Origin: Verrucomicrobiota bacterium
Lineage (GTDB): Bacteria > Verrucomicrobiota > Verrucomicrobiia > Verrucomicrobiales > DEV007
Direction of reading: 5' to 3'
DNA length: 27,804 nt
Assembly (NCBI GenBank): GCA_045046875.1
Contig: JASFYY010000145.1
Span: 1 to 27,804, forward strand
Part shown: positions 1 to 12,000 of the stretch, piece after piece
Layout of the letters: each line of letters begins with the position of its first letter
How positions within the stretch are numbered: the stretch's first letter is position 1
Program-made: the position numbers and the translations under genes
Notes under the pieces: generated by a model
Seen by the model: only the letters and a program-made list of their open reading frames with translations
Database searches by the model: none
Told to the model about the DNA's origin: nothing

Positions 1-3000
1 GAGATGCCTGCAAAAATTTCATCGATCAGAATGTCACCGGAGGTGTTGTGAATCACCACATCATTCGCATCATCATCAGTGAGACTACGCAGACTGCCAA
101 TCGTGATCTGCCCTCCCGCATCCACCGTGATCGAACCATCTGCGGTATCCACCAACTGCAGATCAATCGCATCAAACTCATTCAGATCGATCGCACCATT
201 ATTGTTCGAGTGCGCCTCCAGGCTGTTCAGTCGGATCTCAATCGGGCGAAGCCCTCCAATCGATCCAAAGGCATTGATAATAGCATGATCAGCCACCAAA
301 TCGATACCGCTGTTATCCGGAGCAACAAAACCATCCGGCGCATCCTGTGGATTCACCTCATTGATACTACCCAAATCGGCGGTGAGGGTCACATCATTAA
401 AATTACCACCAGCATCTATCCGGTCGATTAAAATATCACCGGCAGTCGCGCGAAGGTTGATATCGAAAGTATTCGTCTGATCAATATCGTTAATTGATTC
501 CACATAATCAGCGACGATCGTTCCTCCTGCCGTGAGATCAATTGATCCGGAAGTGGACACCAGGCGCTGCACATTCACCGCGTCATCTTCCACGATAGTC
601 ATGTTGCCGATAGTGAAATTTTCAGCAATGAGAGTCGCCACATTGGTGATCAAATCAAGCGCCCCGTAGGAAGTGGCTGTAAACAGCGCTCCATGAATCT
701 TACCTCCATTGACTGGCAAAAGAGTGGTAACCGGCTGTCCTGCAGTGCGTAGGGTGCCATAAGCGGTGAGTGTAACATCATCTGCACCGCCAGCACCTGC
801 TCTCACCAAATCCGCTTGAATACTTCCTCCTTTAGTGATCACTCCTGCGGCAAACTCCCCTGAGGTAATATCAATGTCCCCGACATTGGTTGTGATGCTC
901 CGTAACAAAACACTATCGCTTTCAGTAATCGTCAAATCGCCCGCCACTGTCGAGTCAGCGGTGATACCATCGACGGTTGTATCCATCACAATGTCCCCCG
1001 TCGCCAGAGCAGTCAGCTCCCGACCAAATATTTTCTGGAACGTATCGCCATTAATATCATTGCTGAGTATCGATCCTCCGGTGGAGGTAAGAAAAATGTC
1101 ACGGTTGGGTGCACGCACCGAGTCATGGGTGATGGTTCCTCCCGCGGTCACCGTGATATCACCAAGGAAAGTTTCCAGCTCAACCAGACCGATCGCGTCG
1201 GTTTCATCAATGCGAATACCTACCGCGGAATTCGCCTCGGCCGGATTACCTGCTGTGAAAGTTTTTGCGGAAACATTATTGACCGTCGTTCTCAGATCAA
1301 TCCCCAGATCGAAAGTATCAACAAACACCGGATAGCCCCGTGCATTCACAATAAGATTATTCGCCGTGATTCTCCCTGTCGTCGACGAATCGGAAAGCAC
1401 CGTGCCACCGGATGGCAACGAGCCCAAAGTAAAACCACCCGCATCAATCGTCACATCCCCCGTATTGCCGGCATCAATCACATCGAGTAAAATTGCTCCA
1501 CCAAATAGATCACGGGTACGCAGCACAATCGTATTGGCAGCGGCGTCAGTCTGAGAACGCACCAAACGTGCATTCATGCTGCCCTCGGTATCCACTTGAA
1601 TCGCCCCGTCATTGGTCAAAATTCGATTAATCAGCAAAGGGCTCGCCTGGCCGTTAACATTATTGATGGCCACATCCCCCTTGCCCACCGTGTTCAGCGC
1701 CCGGATGTCCAGAGAATTGACCGCTGTATCCAATGTCACACCACCCAAAGCCGTCACCACCAAAGCATCACCTACCACGTTGGCCTCTCCTGGATTTGGC
1801 ACCACACGAGTCAGGGCACCCCCTTGCGCATCAAGCGTCACATCAAACAGACTCGGCAGAGTCCCTCCGATCACCTTATCCACCACGATGGCTCCGCCAG
1901 CAGTCACATCAACCGTTCCTGCATCAGTCTCCAACAGGGTCAGCGTCAAGCCATCCAATTCATCAATCGTCAAATCAGCCGCTCCCCCCAAAGTTCCATT
2001 GATGATACGACCCGAAATGATATCATCCACCGCTGTCCTCAGAACACTCGACAAGGCCGCCTCAAAATTCAACTTGCTAGAACTCAACCGCGCCGGAGCA
2101 TTCACCGTGACGCCTCCGCCCAGCGCCTCGAGGGTAATACGATCGTCCGCGGTCACGTTACCGGAAATACTCATCGCGCCTCCGGCGGCCCCACTCTTCA
2201 AAATCACATTGGAATTCAAACCCGTCGCTTGCACCGAACCCACTGCACCCACATTGAGATCACCTGTATTGTCTGCAGCTCCCGTTGTCGAAGCCCCGCT
2301 TCCGGCAATCAGCCTGATCAATCCGTTATCAGGAGTAGAGCTTAACAGAGTGTTCACACTAATGTCCCGAAATGCGGTCGCAAAGATAGACGGCGCGACC
2401 ACCGAGCTGCTTCCATTGGCATTATTAAAATGAATCCCTCCGTCACCAGCTCCCTCGTAAGCATGAAGCTCGAAAAAGTTAGTCGAGGTGAGCGCACTTG
2501 TTCCTGGAACAGCATCCTGCCCCAGAATGTTAATCTGCGCCCCTTTCAATATTAATGATGTATCAAAATCATAGTTTAGAATCGATACTACTCCACTATT
2601 GAGCGTTTCAGCCTCATCACGACCAATGATAATCGCTTTAGCCTGATTAGTAATCGTATTCAACACGGACTGGGTCACATTCAAAGTATTCGCTTGGGGC
2701 ACCACATCAGCGACGCGAATATCATAATCATCCGTGACGTTGCGAATGTAAACATCGCCAGACGTATCGATGATCCCACCACCTGGTATTGGAGGAATGG
2801 TATAGGCGACCTGAACATCCCGATAAGCTGTAACGTAGTAGGTATAAGAAGAGTAAATCGTTATTTGCTCCCAGTAGTAATAAGTCCAAAACCAGACGGG
2901 AACCGTCCTCTGCTCCCATATCTGATAACTGTAATTGACCGTCACTGGCTGCAAATAGGATTCCACTTCCGGGCGCCATTCAGTGCGGCCCGCCACATCC

Positions 3001-6000
3001 AGAGTCACCTCGTCAGCTTCCAAAATAACATCGCGCCCGCCACCTGCCACTAACCGTCCCAGAACAATCTTCTGTCCAGGTGCCACCGCTAGGCGAATCG
3101 CGCCACTGATTGTGCTCAAACCATCAATATCCCGGATCTTGGTGATTTTGATATCGCGGTCGGAAATTATGTTTATCCCCTGCGCCAAAGTCGCCAGCGA
3201 GGTGGTGGTTTTTGCCGCCAACCAAGTGGCATTGATCTTAACCGGATCAGTGTCGAAGCCGATAGTATCACGAACAGCAATCGCAACTTCTCCGTTAGCT
3301 CCCAACGCTTCAATCACTCCGGTTGCAATGGATGAAACATTAAAAAGAGATCCGGTAGGCAAGTTGATATCGATATAACCACTTCCGTTACCATTCCATG
3401 AGCTTGGATCGTAGGAGCCGTCAAAAACAGCCGTATCTGAGCTGTAAATCCCTACGGTACCCTCCGGGCTTTGACTCAGAGGCGCTGGACCGATGAACAA
3501 ACTGGAATCACCGAGCGGATCAATGTTCTGAATGTTAAGCTGGAGATTGCTATTATTTCGCATCACCAAACGCTCCGTCACTGAAAAACTTCGTTTGAGA
3601 TTGAGAGTCAAACCTTCAGCTTCAACACTGCTGCGCATTTCAATCGTTCCAGCCGTAACGGTGGAGCCTATGCCGAGATCAAGCCACTCGGTCGCAAGGT
3701 CCCCCCACACCACGGTCGCATTTCCAGCATCGAGATCAACACGGTTGATTCCGCTCATCACCGCCTGCTCCCGACCATTATTAATACCGTTAACCGAATA
3801 GCTAATCCTTTCAGGAAAGGTTTGTTTGATTAATACCCACCCATCATTTGATAAATCATTAATGTTGATATGCCCAATGTTCCGCGGATCCATCTGGCCG
3901 AGCAAAGTTGATGCACCCGGATTGGTGTCGGCAAAATATCGTTTGGTCGGATTTCCCAGAGTCACCGCATAAAAATCAGCTCCAGCACCGCCTTCCAAAT
4001 TCAAGGTTTTGTCAGGTGCAAAAAAGAAAGTATTAAAACGATCATCACCTGATCCACCAATCCACGAATCTATACTGTTGCTACCAGAAGCATCCGGCGC
4101 AAAAAAGACCGTATTCAATCCAGTCTTGGCACTTTGCACCAAGCGCCCTAGATCAAAAGTCAGATCACTCGTAACTCCACTGAAATCCGCGGTATTTCCC
4201 AGACCTGTTACAATCAGTCGATCACGACCAAAACCATTCTCGAAATAATAAGTGTCTCCACCGCCGCCGCCATCCAACACATCCGAGCGTTGACCTGAAT
4301 AAATATCATCAGCCGCCGTGCCACCGATAATGGTCGTATTTGCCTGACCCGCTCTTAATATCGATGAACGATTCACCGACCCAAACAAAGTCGCGGTGCC
4401 CTCACCTCCGGTCAATCTGTTTTTTCCACCTCCGGAATTCCCCTTCCCTGCGTAAAGTGTAGAATTGCCGCTACCTCCATTCAGATCAACCAGCGCCCTG
4501 GTAAGTGCCGATGCGTCAATGATCGACTCACCCGAACCAAGCGAACCTCTGACCAAACTGATACCCGTAAAGCTCTGTGTGTAAGTTACGCCATTGAGAA
4601 TTGCGGTGACCGTGATGTTTTCCGTTGATCCGGAAACTCCGTCACTGGTCAAGGTATAAACTTCATTCACTGCCCGGGTATCATTAAAAATACGCAGAGC
4701 AGCTCTTGAACCTGTATTTAAATCAAGCGTACTACCCGAAACTGTAGCCAATTGAATGCCAGGCTTTTCCGCGAAGAAAGTCACCTGGAAAAGATCCATG
4801 GCAAAAGTCTTCTCCAAGATACGCTTGGTAATCGGACCTACAAATGGAACCGGAATCGTAAGGTCGACATAAAAAGTCAATCCAATCCGACCGGTCAAAG
4901 TGACATCGAACAGATTGCCCATTTTCAAATCCGCCCCCGGCAGATTTTTCAAATAATCAATCTGACTGTTACGCAACTTCCCATAACCCGGAGTTCCAGG
5001 ATCACCAAAGCTCGGAGGAAAGGGGTAGGCTTCCGTATCAACAGGCTGGAACGAAGAAACTGCATTCGCCTTGTTTTTATCGACCGTCACATCGTTCCAA
5101 TTAAAATCTACCTGCAGCTCGAAAAAGGCCTCGATGCCCGCCTCGATCAGACCAAGACTTAAAGCGACCCCCACGTTGAACCGGGCCAGTATGCCGAAAG
5201 CTGGCGAAGGCTGGCCATCTAGGTTAAGGGTGCTCCAATAAAAACCTTCGGTATCCCAGCCGAACTTCAGATTGATATTGACCGAAATCGAAAATCCAAC
5301 CGTGGCAATCAGGGGGGGGAATGCAGGTAGCGGAAAGCTTTTAGTAACAGCCACACCAACCTCAACCCGTGGCAGCTCGAGGAAAGTCAAATTAGCTTCC
5401 TGCCCCATTAAAATCTTAACGACATTCTCCTGCTTGGCAAAATCCAATCTGAATCCGCCGCCCGTGATGCCAAAAATAGGTGATTTTTTCGCTTTTGCTG
5501 AATCGTTATTCAGGGTCAGGGCCTCGTTCGACTTCTTTTTTACGTAAGCTTTGAGTTTTCCGTCATTTTCATTTTTTGCAAAACCGTCGTTCCTGAATTT
5601 CTCAAATCGCTTGCTAAATTTATTTGGAGTCGTTGCCTTTTCATTCAACGAATCTTTCATTCTCTTCAGTGCCGACCGGTCATCAGTCTCTCCATCAAGA
5701 ACAAACCTTATACCTCTGCCAACTTCGTCATCTTCTCGATTCTGGCGAGCTTTCTCTCGAGCGGTATCTCTCTCGTTCTTATATTTTTCAATATTATTTC
5801 GCTCCTTGGTCAAACGGCTATCCTTCCCAGCTGTCGTTTTGATTTTATTCCATATACTGCCACCAATACCCATGCGAACGCGGGGCTTCGCCCATGAGGG
5901 TTTGGGATCAGCACTGCTACCCACACCGATTCCCCGAACCATATCGTCCAGACGCACAATGGTAGAAGCAAAAGAAGTGAAGCCACTGCCAAGGAAGTCG

Positions 6001-9000
6001 CCTAACACAAAGGGGCTCGCCATCCACTCAGTGCCTGGCAAGGGCTCCAGCAGAAAATCGATAAGCGGGCGGATGGGTTTGATACCATCCGAAAATTTCA
6101 GCAAACTCTCAAAAATCGTGCCCTGCAAAAACCCTTCAACATCAACTTGAATGTTGTAAAAATCAAAGGCTGCACCGTCAATCAATTGACGATTGTAACG
6201 GAAAACCTGTGCTGAGAGTTCAAGTTGATCGTCTGTTGCATTACTAGTCCCATTACTCTGGTCGGCCAATACCACGTTGTAAGCAGCCATCGACGCCACC
6301 GCCAGACTTGTCACTCCGTCAGGTGCCAATACTCCCAAGTAATTCAACTGACTGGCACCAATTCCATAACGAATCTGCAAAGTAAACTCCGTCTGGATAT
6401 CAGGAATCCCTTGACCTCCTCCAAAAGAAGTCCCCGGTTTACCGCCCTCGATAAAAAGATGCAGATCCAGATCGCCATCTGTTTCAAAACTAAGCACCCC
6501 GAATTGGAAACTGCCAATCTGGCTTTGACCTGCCACCGGCAAAGCCGGATCAAGACCCAGAGTATTTCGACCCTGCATATCCTGAATCGTTGTGCGATTC
6601 AAATTAGTTCCGCCCGATCCCTGGTTAAGAAAAAAGTCAAAAGTCCCGTAAAAACCGGAAGCACTCAAAAAATCAGTCCCCAGCGAATACGGTCCCGGAG
6701 TGTCCCCCGCGTCCGCCACCTGTACCTGTAATTGATTCAAAGTGCTGCTTCGGGTGGACTGTTCGAATATCTGAACTCCAGCGGTATTGATATCTCCATC
6801 AAGCACCGCTTCGATATCAACTGACATCAGCGGGGTATCAACCCCATCCGTTGGATCATCCGCCGGATTGTAAAGATAAAACCCTTCCTGCAAGTCCACC
6901 CCGAAACCAAGATGCAAAGTAAAGGCCCGGCGCAAATTAATACCGCCTGTTGTCGGCGTATTAGTGACCGTCTGACCACTGATGGTTTGAGATACGGTAG
7001 CGGTATCAATGACCAACCCGGTTCCCGTCTGCGAGAGGTCAATGCGGTTAATATTGATTTCCGGCAAATCACTGAAGGTTTTAACCAGGTCCAGCGAAAA
7101 TTGCAAACTAACCGCGCTGCCAGGCACCACTTCAAATTCCTCATTCGCCGGGGTCAGGTCATAATTGCTCGCCGCATTGGGATCCCAAATCGTTGCCACT
7201 TCAGCTGCATCCAGCGTCTCGATTACGATTTCAGACTTAGTCGTCAAATATCCCTCACCGCCGGGCCCAAGGATCGCATACAAGGAATCAATAATCGCAT
7301 TGATCGGCTTGAGCTTGTTATTACGAAGCTCATCGCGAACCCGGTTGGTAAAATCACTGCGCCAGGTCTCAATGAAAACCGTTGAACTCGGCAAGTCGGT
7401 TCCCAACAGCGGAATATAGTTTCCCAGCGCCTGATCAATCGCAAACTGAAGATTAAACAATGCCAGGTCAAGAGCTTCTCCCATGATGAAGGGATCCCGG
7501 AGAATGTTCAACACGTCGACCGGTGGAATATTGCGACCCAGCGGCGGCAACTCGTCCCACGGCATGGTCGGATCGGTAAAGAAAACCGCGGGTGCCGGCA
7601 CCCCTGGTGTATTTGCCGGAACGGTCACATCAAAAAAGCGATCAAGTCCGGTACGAACACCTGTACCGTCATCGTAATTCAACACCCGAATATTGACCGG
7701 ATCAAAATCTGGCAGTGTCGCCACAAAAGCCGAATCCGCTTTTTGCGCGTCGGATAACTGGGAGGTATCCTTGGTGATCAAAATCTCATTGCCATTTTCA
7801 TCGGTAATGACAATAATCATCGGCAATAAGGCCTGCCCCTGACCATTGGGGTTCACGATGGCCCAGGAATTAAAACCTCCGGATCCATCTGCGTTCGAAT
7901 AAACCCGCTCCAAACTATTACTAAAATTAACGCTCACCCCGGCCGACAGCGCCGGCACGTTGTTATCCTGAATAAAACGAAATCCCCCATTGTCACGGCC
8001 TTCAGCTACCGCCACCCTCAGTTCGTCAAACTCAGCCCCGGTATCCGCAAACCCCACCCGAACCAGCTCCCACTTTTCGGAGGCATTGCCCACCGTTTTC
8101 ACCCGATAGATCCCATTCTGAAATTCAATGTTCGAGCTGCTATTCTGATCTTTCACCAGAATTAAATCATTCACCGCAATATCCGGCACGCCATCGATAC
8201 CCACCACTTGCCGTCCGTTCGCGAGGGTCGACAGAATCGAGTTCAGCGATTGGTTGGTTTTGGATTGCAAGCCCGGCTTACCATCAATGGTAGCAAAATC
8301 AGCAATCAATTCCCCCGTAGTAGCAACACGAACCAGATAAGGTAAAATCTGGTCGCCCTGTAAATTAATTTCAAAAGTTGCAGGATCAATAAAACGGGCA
8401 AAACGAACCGCATCCACTCCCAGATTCACAGGATCCTGCACCTGGATAAAATCCCTGCCAGCATAGGTACTGCCACCTGTCACCGATACAAATAGATCGT
8501 CCAGTTCTGCTGCAGTATTAGCAGCACTCACTCGCCTTAAGCGCCAGTTGGCATTGACGCCAGCACCACTGCCGTCACGTATAACAGAATAAACTCCATT
8601 GTAAGCGACATTGCCCTGATGGTTCACCAGTACGAGGTCGCCAATACTCACAGAAACTCCATCGATGACCAACTGCCCGCTTACATCTGCATCCAAACGA
8701 CCATTGGCAAGGGTCGGGTTGGTAAAAGTGCCTCCAAGATCCGCTGTCGTCGCCACGTCCACCGTCAAACCCGCAGGCTGCACATAACCTGCCTGCAGCA
8801 TTGCCTGATTATAAATCCCCGGAGTTCCATTGGCATCATCCACCGCCACTTCCCCATGTTTATTGACCGCCACCATGCCGTTCGACAAACGAAAACGTGC
8901 ATTTCCAACTGGCAGATCACCATTAAAATTTTCGCCAGCCAGGTTAACCAGAGTCGTGATCTGTGAAGTCTGGTAAAGCACCGCCCTCGGCTCCCTACTG

Positions 9001-12000
9001 ATTCCTCCGCGCACCACTTGAATCCCCAAATCAAGATCCAGATCCGCCAAAATACTCAGCTCCACCTCCATCGGGTTCGCCCCCGTGCTCGCTAGCGCGG
9101 AAAGTCCCGCCAGATAGTCATCCACAATCTCCGGATCACTAGAGCGATTGCGTAACTGGGCAAGGTCAACAAACAACGGCAAACTCGTCGCAAAGGCCTG
9201 CACAAAAGGCAGACTCAAATCAATGCTCGCTGACTCCAGAGCACCTGCATTATAAGTAGTGGAAAGTGATAAGCCGATATCAGCCAGATTCAGCTGAAAA
9301 ATCCCCGCCATCACATTTTTCAACTCCTGTAAGCTAGCGGGCTGAGCACTTTCAAGCCGCAGGATATACTGCTCTAACTCATATCCCAGATCAAACACAT
9401 CCACCAAACCGGACTTCACAAACAGCAACTTTGACTGAAAGGCATTCACCCCCGCCGCCGCCCCGTCTGGATCAATACGCATCTGATCCGAAATGTATTC
9501 CGCAGTTCGCAACAAGCCTTCAATGATATCCTCAAAACCCACCGTGTAGAGCATTTCCATGCCCAAGGTGTTATTATAAACCAAGTCAGGTGCTGGAAGG
9601 TTGGCAAAATCTGAAATCTTGCTGGCAGAAGGTCCCGCCATTCCAGTCAAGTCATGCTTCAATGTGATGGTAGCTCCTGGTCCGAAAGCCAGCCCGACAA
9701 AAGCTTCGCCCGTATCGGGATCCACAGGGAAACTCAGGTTACGTAACTCCAAGGTAGCGAAAGTCGTCGGATCCACCACCTGGGTGGATATCGAAGTCAG
9801 GTTGTTCGTGGCAGCGGCTGTATTCAGATCCACCAAGGTGAGGCGTCCGCCAAAACTGGTCGTCTCTTTGGCGACCAGATCCAAACGGCCGTCCCCTGCT
9901 TCGAAAGCGACAAAACCAAAGTGCCCTTTGGCACTCACCTGCTGATTCGTCACCGATGCAGTTCCCGTCAAAGCAATATTATTCAAGAAAACCTCACCAC
10001 CACGAGCCCCGATTCTTTGCTCTTCAGTTAGAAAGCCCAAAGTCGTGGTCGCGGTATTGGTCGGGATCGAATCGTCCGGCACAAATCGGAAAGTCCGCAC
10101 AATGGGATTACTATTCAGTGGATCCGAATTATCGAGTGAAAAAATTGCCACTCGCGAACCGCCTCCAAAGGTGCCCGCACGTAGAAAATCACTCAAATCA
10201 TAAGTCGCCCCGATGATAACCGGAGTCGCCGCCAATGCCGCATTGATATCACTGATCAAGTTCGCCATCGTCGGTGTTCCCACTCCCCCCGGTACCGTCA
10301 CTGTCACATAATCACTGCCATTGATCGAAATTTCGAACACCGCAGGGTTGCTCAACAAAAAGGGATTTGGTCCTTCAAGTGGTCGGGAAATGATCGACAA
10401 GCGAACATCCGTGATCGCCGAAGTTGCCGTTATTTCTTTAACGTAGAGTTCGGTGGAAACTGCATTCGGCTGTGGCTCGAAATAATTAGCCACTACCTCG
10501 AACGTCCAGGCTTCCGTAACATAAGATCCGTCATCCGGGAACACATTGGCATTCAGCCTGAATCCCACTTTCCCGCTATCATCGAAAGCTTCGATTTTGC
10601 CTTCGAACTCGGTGCTCAACTCCGCACTCTGCTGAATAGCAAAATTCAAGTCATCCAACAAATCCTGCATCGACGCATTACCCACCGTCTCACTGGCGTT
10701 GAGCACAAAGTCTCCGCTGTTACCATCAAAAAGATCAAAGTGAAAAAGCGCACGCGTCCCTGCATTCAAGCTAAATGACGGCAAATTGGTAGCCGTTACC
10801 GTATCAATCACTGTCGTTAGATTCGTCGAGCTGGCAACAAATCCCAAGTTGGTAATCGCTTCGTTAGGAGTCACAATTGAACTGGAGATCCTTTCCGGAA
10901 CCAGCACCTGGAACATTCTCGTATTCGTGATTGCCGGGTCTGCGGTGAACACCAATACCGAATAACGGCTGTCAGCACCAGCCTGAGCTGTCACACTGAC
11001 CTTGCCAATCAATCCCGCATCTGCATTGATCGCGGCCTGCACATCCGCGGCAAAATCAGAAGCGTCAGTATTGTCCGTCGTATCAATCGCATCGACTCGC
11101 AAATCGTGAATCACCCCGTCATCCAGAATCACCCGGATCAACCCGTCCGCTTGGATCTGCCCATCCCAGTCAGCAACCCCTACAGGAACCTCGAGCGTCA
11201 ACACTTCAGCCACAGAGGTATCAGGAACTAATCCCACTTCAAAACCAAAAGATGAATTGGTGGTGCGATCCACATCAACGCTGCTGTCGGTTGCCAGTTG
11301 GGAAATTTCCCCATATTTAGCCTCAAGCAACACATCCACCGCAGCCACCCCTGTCAGGCTGGTCGGGGTATAATCAAATTCGATCGGAAAAGTAATGCTC
11401 AAGCGAGAAGTATCAAAAACAGGCTGAGCAGCCCCTGCCAGTGGTCCCGCCGCTATGACCGCTGCAAACTCTTGCAAGCTGGTGAAGTCGGGCGAAATGA
11501 AACGCTTACTCAAAGCGAAAGAAGCTGATAGCCCATTGGTCGCCGGAGTGGTTCCAAAAGCCAAGTGCCCCAATCCTCCACTGATAGCCTGAATGGCAAT
11601 TTGGGAAATTTTTCCGGTAGCCTCACCAGGATTACGAGCGAAAAATTGCAAAGCCCCTGAATTGTCACCTCGCACATCAATCCCAGTGCCAGCAGCCTGA
11701 TCCAAGAGCGGGGTCAACACCCCAGCTGAAAATGTTGTATTTTTCAGACCATAACGAATATCATCAGCCAAATCCGACATCGCCACATTAGACGTGCCGG
11801 CAAGTCCAGTGGTGCGATTACCACTGAGGTAAGTTCGATAAGAGGTGGCCGTTCCATCAACAGTGATACTGAAGTCAATGTAATTGGAGGCCTGCAGGCT
11901 CGGTGTAAGTTTTAACTGGCTCAGACCCGTGCCAGCAATGCTCAGTCCGTAAATTTCTCCCGTCCCATAGACTCGAATTCCCTGCCCGCCACCGGCGAGA

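Noticed and set aside
5312..5319. G8 tract in the giant gene as a phase-variation switch
   Set aside because: It is explained by Pro-Pro-Leu codons, is short, and lies deep within the gene.
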